From Candidatus Nitrospira inopinata (lineage in GTDB: Bacteria > Nitrospirota > Nitrospiria > Nitrospirales > Nitrospiraceae), in NCBI RefSeq assembly GCF_001458695.1, contig NZ_LN885086.1, forward strand, positions 810,001-842,000: a stretch of DNA of 32,000 nucleotides, in the 5' to 3' direction. The position numbers were made by a program, and so were the translations under genes. Shown in pieces: positions 26,371 to 32,000 of the stretch. Each line of letters starts with the position of its first letter. The first letter of the stretch is position 1. The notes below the pieces were generated by a model. The model had not been told where the DNA came from. It was given only the letters and a program-made list of their open reading frames with translations, and did not search any database.

Positions 26371-26790
26371 CTAGGCGCCCGCGAAAACGGGGCAGACCCC
26401 GCCCTTGTCGGCTAGGTAGCGCTTGATGATCTCCTCCGTCATCCCCATGGTGGGCATAAAGTAGCCTGTTGATCAGATTCCGCCGCGATCCCAGCACACC
26501 TTGTCCAAGAATTGAAACTCCCCCAACCCAGGCTGGTGTTCTTTTGATCGTCTTCCCCGCAACACTCACGCTGTCCGTTGGGGAGATTACCGTGTGCATA
26601 GGCCCGTGGTCCTTGGCGATCCCAATCTCCATGAAATGCAGTCAGGATAGTATTCCGCACCTCCAACAGCTTGACCTGCCAATACTTGGCCACGCCCTCG
26701 ACCAGGATTTGTGGCGGTATTTGGTCACCCACACGATGTGAGACTGCGCCTTGTCGACGGTTGTGAGCGGCCTTGCGCAGTTTCACACAT
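26371..26790 (-). pseudogene. IS200/IS605-family tnpA (Y1/HUH transposase) with at least three frameshifts
   Basis: Minus-strand pieces read KLRKAAH / TVDKAQSHIVWVTKYRHK / ILVEGVAKYWQVKLLEVRNTILTAFH / MEIGIAKDHGPMHTVISPTDSVSVAGKTIKRT...LGQGV...RNL / YFMPTMGMTEEIIKRYLADKGG..*. This is the HIVWVTKYR ... DHxH(LL)VS ... SVS ... IK ... YF..T.G ... I..Y order of IS200 TnpA. The length is about 140 codons. Confidence 0.7.
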
Positions 26791-26917
26791 TGCAGTCTAC
26801 CCGGTGCCCACACCCCCGCCTGTACAGGCGGGAACCTCCGCAGATTAGGATGAGGATAAGACAGATCAGCGCCCCAGGTCGTTGATCTACAATGATTGAA
26901 GTGGTCTGAGAAGAAAT

Positions 26918-26945
26918 ATGGGGGAGCGTTCGAACGCTCCCCCAT
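26918..26945 (-). terminator. 28-nt perfect palindrome 41 nt downstream of the nxrB stop
   Basis: ATGGGGGAGCGTTCGAACGCTCCCCCAT. On the minus strand ATTTCTTCTC follows it. It could form a stem of up to about 12 bp. Confidence 0.6.
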
Positions 26946-26985
26946 ACATGGCTTGCAGAGAGGTCAGCTTATGACGGGTGACTTT

Positions 26986-28275
26986 TTACAACCAGGTCAC
27001 TCGCTCTGCCGGTCTGATATAAATCGGTTCTTCGACTTGAATACGGGCCACCTCTTTGCCTGACTTGTTAAAACCAAGAACCGTGTCGTTGTACATCTCA
27101 AACCGCTTGCCATGAATTTGGGTCTCAAAGACTTTTGGCCCAGGAATCACGTCATAGCGGAAGATGATCTGTTGACTGGCTCGCCACAACTGAAGGACGG
27201 CCAGCAATTCCCGGCTTGGGACGAGATATTTTTCGATTGCGTTGTCTACGCCAGGACCGAACATCTGTCTCGCATAGCCTCGCGGGCTATGCCGTGGAGG
27301 AATGTAGAAGCCGTTCGGTTCCGTCCCCCATTGCGGGTAGAGGGGTAAGGCCACTTGTTCGACACGGATGGCGTAATACAGCGGATGCCACCGATCCTCA
27401 GCCCACAGACCGTCTTCTCCGATACGAACTAAGCTCTGCATTCTGATCTTTCCTACGCAGGCTGCCATACACCGCGTTTCCATTGGTTCTCCGCCGGTAA
27501 GAGGATCTTTTCCTTCGATGCGCGGATAACAGGCAATACACTTTTCTGAGACCCTGGTGGTGCCTCGATACATGGGCTTTTTGTATGGGCACTGTTCAAC
27601 GCATTTTTTGTATCCTCGACATCGATTCTGATCGATGAGAACAATTCCATCTTCTGGCCGTTTGTAGATCGCTTTTCTTGGACAAGCGGCTAGGCAGCCA
27701 GGGTAGGTGCAATGGTTACAGATACGTTGGAGGTAAAAGAAAAACGTTTCATGCTCCGGCAGGCTGCTGCCGGTCATTTTCCAGGGCTCATCCTTCGAGA
27801 AACCTGTCTTGTCGATCCCCTCGACCAGCGCCCGCATCGACGTTGCCGTATCTTCGTAGATATTGACAAACCGCCACTCCTGGTCTGTTGGGATGTAGCC
27901 GATTGCAGCCTGCCCCACTTTGGCCCCTGCATCGAAAATGGTCATCCCTTCGAAGACCCCGTAGGGTGCATGGTGTTTCCGTCCTACTCGAACGTTCCAC
28001 ACCTGGCCGCCGGGATTGACCTGCTCGATAAGCTGAGTGATTTTGACATCGTAAAATTGCGGGTACCCGCCATAGGGCTTCGTCTCGACATTGTTCCACC
28101 ACATGTACTCCTGACCTTTCGAGAAAAGCCAGGTTGACTTATCCGCCATGGAACACGTCTGACAGGCCAGACATCGATTGATGTTAAACACAAAGGCAAA
28201 TTGCCATTTGGGATGCCGCTCCTCATAGGGATAAAGCATCTTTCGTCCTAACTGCCAGTTATAAACTTCAGGCAT
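26986..28275 (-). CDS. nxrB: nitrite oxidoreductase beta subunit (Fe-S subunit), Nitrospira/anammox type
   Basis: 429 aa, with a GAAGGAGGAG SD before ATG 28275. It has four ferredoxin-type Cys groups: CLACQTCSMAD, CNHCTYPGCLAACP, CRGYKKCVEQCP and CIACYPRIEG. It is NarH/DdhB-like and lies directly downstream of the Mo subunit. It has no signal peptide. Confidence 0.93.
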   Translation of the reverse strand: MPEVYNWQLGRKMLYPYEERHPKWQFAFVFNINRCLACQTCSMADKSTWLFSKGQEYMWWNNVETKPYGGYPQFYDVKITQLIEQVNPGGQVWNVRVGRKHHAPYGVFEGMTIFDAGAKVGQAAIGYIPTDQEWRFVNIYEDTATSMRALVEGIDKTGFSKDEPWKMTGSSLPEHETFFFYLQRICNHCTYPGCLAACPRKAIYKRPEDGIVLIDQNRCRGYKKCVEQCPYKKPMYRGTTRVSEKCIACYPRIEGKDPLTGGEPMETRCMAACVGKIRMQSLVRIGEDGLWAEDRWHPLYYAIRVEQVALPLYPQWGTEPNGFYIPPRHSPRGYARQMFGPGVDNAIEKYLVPSRELLAVLQLWRASQQIIFRYDVIPGPKVFETQIHGKRFEMYNDTVLGFNKSGKEVARIQVEEPIYIRPAERVTWL

Positions 28276-28309
28276 CGTCTCCTCCTTCAGTGCCGAGGTC
28301 TAAATCCAA

Positions 28310-28330
28310 AGTGCTGAGCGTCTCAGCACT
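28310..28330 (-). other. intercistronic stem-loop between nxrA and nxrB
   Basis: AGTGCTGAG (28310-28318) / CGT / CTCAGCACT (28322-28330), a perfect 9-bp stem. It lies 7 nt after the nxrA stop (28337-28339) and about 20 nt before the nxrB SD. Confidence 0.55.
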
Positions 28331-28336
28331 GAATCT

Positions 28337-31300
28337 TTATACTTTAATCTTGATGTGCTCACCTTTCAGCCACTTGATCATAAATTCATTTTCCTGGCCC
28401 GGCGTGAACCCTGTCCGCACCGGTTCCCACGGGCCACGTGCCCCAATGCCGCCATCCTCCGCCTTCGTGATACGGATAAGGCATTCTTTCGGGACGGTGT
28501 TGATGGCATGGTGATCGACTTGATAGCCCCACTTGAACTTCCAGGCAATGGCATGTTTGCCTGGCAATGAGTCGGTTTGATGCATCGGCATCAGCCAGTT
28601 CCGCGTAAACGATTGCTGACACCCATATCTAAAGTTTGACTGATAGCCGGTATCGATGGCAATCGCACGTCCATCAGGTCTTGTTTCGTGCCCTTTTACG
28701 GACTTTGGCGTCGCCACGAACGGAGCGTGCTTGGCCATCGTCACGTGGTAGGGATAGGCGGGGTTGTACTTGGCCCGAATCATCAGCCGAGCGACCTTGT
28801 AATAGGGGTCACTGGGCTTCCAACCACGGTAAGGCCGATCCACCGGATTTCCATCGACATAAACGTAGTCGCCATCGTTGATCCCACGATCCTTCGCAGC
28901 CTGGGGATTGATGTGAAGCTGATGTTCTCCCACGCCCGGAGTCCGTTTATCCATACGATAGGGATCGCCGAAGTTCGACTCATAGATCTGCACCCAGTCG
29001 TTCACCGACCACTGGCTGTGAACACGGTGACGAGTCTTTGGCGTAACACAGTAGAACTGGTACCCCTTCTCCCACAGCGGATTACTGTGCCGCTTGATCT
29101 CATCCCACGAGAGCTTAATGTTACGGACGGTTTTGTCATCATGGTGCTGAGCCGTGATGGGTATCCCGTAGTCATCAGGCCGCACATAGGGATTGGTTGT
29201 AAAGATGGCATTGGGCAGGTACGGAGTTGCCTCTGGACCCTCCCGATGCGAAATGAAATTTTCTCCATACTCGATGGCTTCGGCTTCCGGTCGATAGTTT
29301 TCATATCTTCCGCTTCGCGTCCACATGGGTTTGGACTCGTTGGTCTCTTCCCAGAATGGGTGGCGCGGATAGGTTCTCACCATGACCATCCACCCCTTTT
29401 CAGACTTGAGCATGACGTCCGCCGAGTAGCCGTAGAACGTGCTTGAGGCGTCAAGCATTCGCTGCGCATAGACATCAACACGATTGGCATAGACCATCGC
29501 GAAGTAATCTTTCATCCGTTTATCGCCGGTCATGTCGGACAGTTTGGCTGCCACTCCGGCAAACGTATCGAGGTCGTTACGGGTGTCATAGAGGGGCCTG
29601 ATTCCGCCCTTCCAGATCTGAACCCATGGGTTGGATACCGTGATGGTCATTTCCGGATACGTAAATTCCATCCAAGAGTTGCAAGCAAACGCGATATCCG
29701 CATGGTTGATGTCTGATGTCATTTCGATGTCTTGAGTGATCAGACATTCAATGTTCGGATCCACGTTTTTGACCATGTCATAGTGGTGCTTGGCGTTATT
29801 GACCACGTTGACGTTTGTCACCCAGCGGAATTTACTCGGAGTCGGCATGTGCGTCTTTCCGGTAAACACCTTGCGTCCATACTTAGGTGTATTGACGATC
29901 AAAGCCGTGTCACCGTGATTCCAGTACCCGACTTCTTCCCCGTAATAATAGGACCTCGTATGGATCTCCTTTCCGTGCGCATTGGGATCCAACGTGATAT
30001 TGAACGGATCTTCTCCCGTGTGAACACTGAGTCCGGCCCCCGACCATGGCGTGGCAGTCCATGCGCCGGCCTTATAGTTTCCGGCCCAAGTATGCTGACC
30101 GGTCCCGAACTTGCCAACGTTCCCCGTGATAATCAGCACCATCGCAGCCCCACGGGCGTTGATGGTCTGATGGAAGTAGTGGCACGTGCCTTCGCCATTG
30201 TGAATCGCGGCCGGTTTAATAGTGCCCGAATCACGAGCCCATCGCACAATAAGGTCTTTCGGCGTTCGCGTGATCTGGTGAACCGTATCAAGATCATAAT
30301 CCTGGAAATGCACCATGTACATTTGCCATATAGGCATGGCATCAATTTCACGCCCGTTCAGCAATTTGACTCTGTACGTACCGGTCAGGGCCGCATCGAT
30401 ACCGCTGTTCACATAGTGCCATCCGACCTGCTCTCGATGGAGGGGAACAGCCTGCTTTTTATTGAGGTCCCACACCATCATCCCGCCTAAACGCTGAATC
30501 TGCTCGGGCTTGAGCGACTGAATTCTCCCCGAATAGCTTTTTGAAAAATCAGGAAATTTGTAATCAGGAATGACATCGCGCGGGTCCAAATATTGGAGCG
30601 TGTCCGTTCGCACAAGAATTGGGGCATCGGTAAAGGATTTCAGAAAATCAACGTCGTGCATGTTCTCATCGACGATAATCTTCATCGCCCCCAAAAAGAG
30701 CGCGCCATCAGACTGCGGACGAAGCGGCATCCAGTAATCAGCCCGATAGGCAGTGGGGTTGTATTCGGGAGTGATCACAACAACCCTCGCGCCTCGCTCG
30801 ATACATTCGAGCTTCCAATGGGCCTCCGGCATCTTGTTTTCAACAAAGTTCTTTCCCCAGCTCGTGTTCAATTTAGAAAAACGCATGTCGGATAGGTCAA
30901 CGTCAGACCCCTGGACACCGGACCACCAGGGATGGGCAGGATTTTGATCCCCGTGCCAAGTATAGTTGGACCAATAACGGCCTCCCTGCGCCTGGTCCGG
31001 CCCCACCTTTCTAATCCAAGTATCCAGAAGAGCGTTGATCCCGCCGTTCATCCTGGTGTTGCCCATTTTTCCAATGATCCCAAGCACCGGCATCCCAGCT
31101 CGGTGCTTGAAACAGCGGGTACCGGCCCCCTTCATCATCTCGATCATTTCAGGCGCATATCCCTGCTCCCGGAGACGCCTGGCCCCAGCCTCGCCACTAT
31201 ACCGCGTGGCGATAATGATCATGGCCTTGGCCGCATAAGTGAACGCCGTATCCCAAGACACTCGAAGCATGTCATCCAGGAACCGGCTATCGAATTTATA

Positions 31301-31774
31301 CTTGCGCTTGGTTTCCGGCGTCAGTTCGGGAGCACCATCATCCATCCACTGCTTCCATCCCTTTCGCATCAAGGGCCCCTTCAACCGATACGGCCCGTAG
31401 ACACGCCGATGGAACGTAAACCCCTTCAGGCACATACGAGGATTGTGCGCGAACGTCCCCCGATTTCCATAAAGATCTTCATAGGTCTGGTGGTCATAAT
31501 TTTGCTCAACGCGCATGACCACGCCGTTTCTAACAAATGCCCGCACCCGGCAGGCATGCGTGTCATTGGGCGAGCAAACCCATGTAAATGATGAATCGTA
31601 TCGGTACTGATCATGATAGACACGCTCCCAGGACCGATCTGGATACTCGCCGAGCGGGTTTCCAACCTCAATAACCGGTTGCAGCGCGGTTAACGCCAAG
31701 ACTTTATCGGCAACCGCCACAGCGGCAACCGTCCCCACGGATACCTTCAAAAACTGCCTACGCGACAAGAACAT
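28337..31774 (-). CDS. nxrA: nitrite oxidoreductase alpha subunit (molybdopterin subunit), periplasmic type with Tat signal
   Basis: 1145 aa, with a GAGGAGG SD 8 nt before ATG 31774. The twin-arginine signal is MFLSRRQFLKVSVGTVAAVAVADKVLA. The N-terminal Fe-S motif is C67-x3-D-x3-C75-x39-C115. The architecture is that of the type II DMSO-reductase family, with the Fe-S subunit immediately downstream. Confidence 0.93.
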   Translation of the reverse strand: MFLSRRQFLKVSVGTVAAVAVADKVLALTALQPVIEVGNPLGEYPDRSWERVYHDQYRYDSSFTWVCSPNDTHACRVRAFVRNGVVMRVEQNYDHQTYEDLYGNRGTFAHNPRMCLKGFTFHRRVYGPYRLKGPLMRKGWKQWMDDGAPELTPETKRKYKFDSRFLDDMLRVSWDTAFTYAAKAMIIIATRYSGEAGARRLREQGYAPEMIEMMKGAGTRCFKHRAGMPVLGIIGKMGNTRMNGGINALLDTWIRKVGPDQAQGGRYWSNYTWHGDQNPAHPWWSGVQGSDVDLSDMRFSKLNTSWGKNFVENKMPEAHWKLECIERGARVVVITPEYNPTAYRADYWMPLRPQSDGALFLGAMKIIVDENMHDVDFLKSFTDAPILVRTDTLQYLDPRDVIPDYKFPDFSKSYSGRIQSLKPEQIQRLGGMMVWDLNKKQAVPLHREQVGWHYVNSGIDAALTGTYRVKLLNGREIDAMPIWQMYMVHFQDYDLDTVHQITRTPKDLIVRWARDSGTIKPAAIHNGEGTCHYFHQTINARGAAMVLIITGNVGKFGTGQHTWAGNYKAGAWTATPWSGAGLSVHTGEDPFNITLDPNAHGKEIHTRSYYYGEEVGYWNHGDTALIVNTPKYGRKVFTGKTHMPTPSKFRWVTNVNVVNNAKHHYDMVKNVDPNIECLITQDIEMTSDINHADIAFACNSWMEFTYPEMTITVSNPWVQIWKGGIRPLYDTRNDLDTFAGVAAKLSDMTGDKRMKDYFAMVYANRVDVYAQRMLDASSTFYGYSADVMLKSEKGWMVMVRTYPRHPFWEETNESKPMWTRSGRYENYRPEAEAIEYGENFISHREGPEATPYLPNAIFTTNPYVRPDDYGIPITAQHHDDKTVRNIKLSWDEIKRHSNPLWEKGYQFYCVTPKTRHRVHSQWSVNDWVQIYESNFGDPYRMDKRTPGVGEHQLHINPQAAKDRGINDGDYVYVDGNPVDRPYRGWKPSDPYYKVARLMIRAKYNPAYPYHVTMAKHAPFVATPKSVKGHETRPDGRAIAIDTGYQSNFRYGCQQSFTRNWLMPMHQTDSLPGKHAIAWKFKWGYQVDHHAINTVPKECLIRITKAEDGGIGARGPWEPVRTGFTPGQENEFMIKWLKGEHIKIKV

Positions 31775-31917
31775 TGTAGATACCTCCTCACCAGGTTGGG
31801 AGAGCCGTTATTTCAGACCTTAAAATTCTTATTTCATTTTTTAACTGCACCGCTCAGACCTTTTTACAATCCTTTACAAGCCCATACACACGCCCACACA
31901 TCGGATGCTACATAGTC

Positions 31918-31934
31918 TGCAAAATACGATCCGG
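31918..31934 (-). promoter_or_regulatory. candidate sigma54 (-24/-12) promoter for nxrAB
   Basis: The minus strand reads CCGGATCGTATTTTGCA, against the consensus TGGCACG-N4-TTGCA. GG and GC are separated by exactly 10 nt, and the C, the G and TTGCA all match. It lies about 145 nt upstream of the nxrA ATG in an AT-rich leader. Confidence 0.45.
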
Positions 31935-32000
31935 AAATGAAATGACGACGTTAAGCATTAAAACGATTCTTAAACAATGACTTATACGGATCATTCAAAA

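Noticed and set aside
26439-26945. 168-aa minus-strand ORF starting inside the palindrome after nxrB.
   Set aside because: It is a read-through of the IS200 tnpA remnant in mixed frames. Its start lies within the terminator-like palindrome and it has no SD.
1-32000. A search for tRNA, rRNA, tmRNA and CRISPR arrays.
   Set aside because: I could spot no T-loop-like GTTCGAATC / GGTTCRANNCC contexts with matching acceptor stems. There are no rRNA-like conserved blocks and no regularly spaced direct repeats of 24-40 nt. The only TTCGAA lies in the 26918-26945 palindrome.

Overview
The window reads as a chromosomal segment of a Nitrospira-type (Nitrospirota) nitrite oxidiser. This assignment is an inference from the gene content at the right end. 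No database search was possible.

(1) nt 1-21600 is a dense, mostly minus-strand block of core genes at about 60% G+C by hand counts. It contains a secreted alpha-carbonic anhydrase, arfB, fabI and a NUDIX hydrolase. It also holds gcvT preceded by a stand-alone FIST sensor protein, and a SulP-STAS-beta-carbonic-anhydrase fusion. A STAS-less SulP-like permease with a universal stress protein and an orphan cysD follow. A tightly overlapped seven-gene string completes the block: DUF502, GNAT, two paralogous lipoproteins, a LOG-family protein, a beta-CASP/MBL hydrolase and a DmpA-type peptidase.

(2) nt 21600-23300 is a visibly lower-G+C islet carrying three small unrecognisable ORFs.

(3) nt 23440-26800 is an insertion-sequence graveyard. 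An IS256-family element with recognisable inverted repeats and at least five frame disruptions sits inside a decayed IS3-family element. A mutator-like transposase fragment and a frameshifted IS200/IS605 tnpA flank them.

(4) nt 26986-31774 is the nxrA-nxrB operon on the minus strand, encoding periplasmic-type nitrite oxidoreductase. NxrA carries a Tat signal. A candidate sigma54 promoter lies upstream, a hairpin lies between the cistrons, and a 28-nt perfect palindrome follows nxrB.

No rRNA gene, tRNA gene or CRISPR array was recognised. The points most worth following up are the IS debris abutting the compositionally atypical nxrAB genes, the small-ORF islet, and the clustering of carbonic anhydrase and SulP genes.
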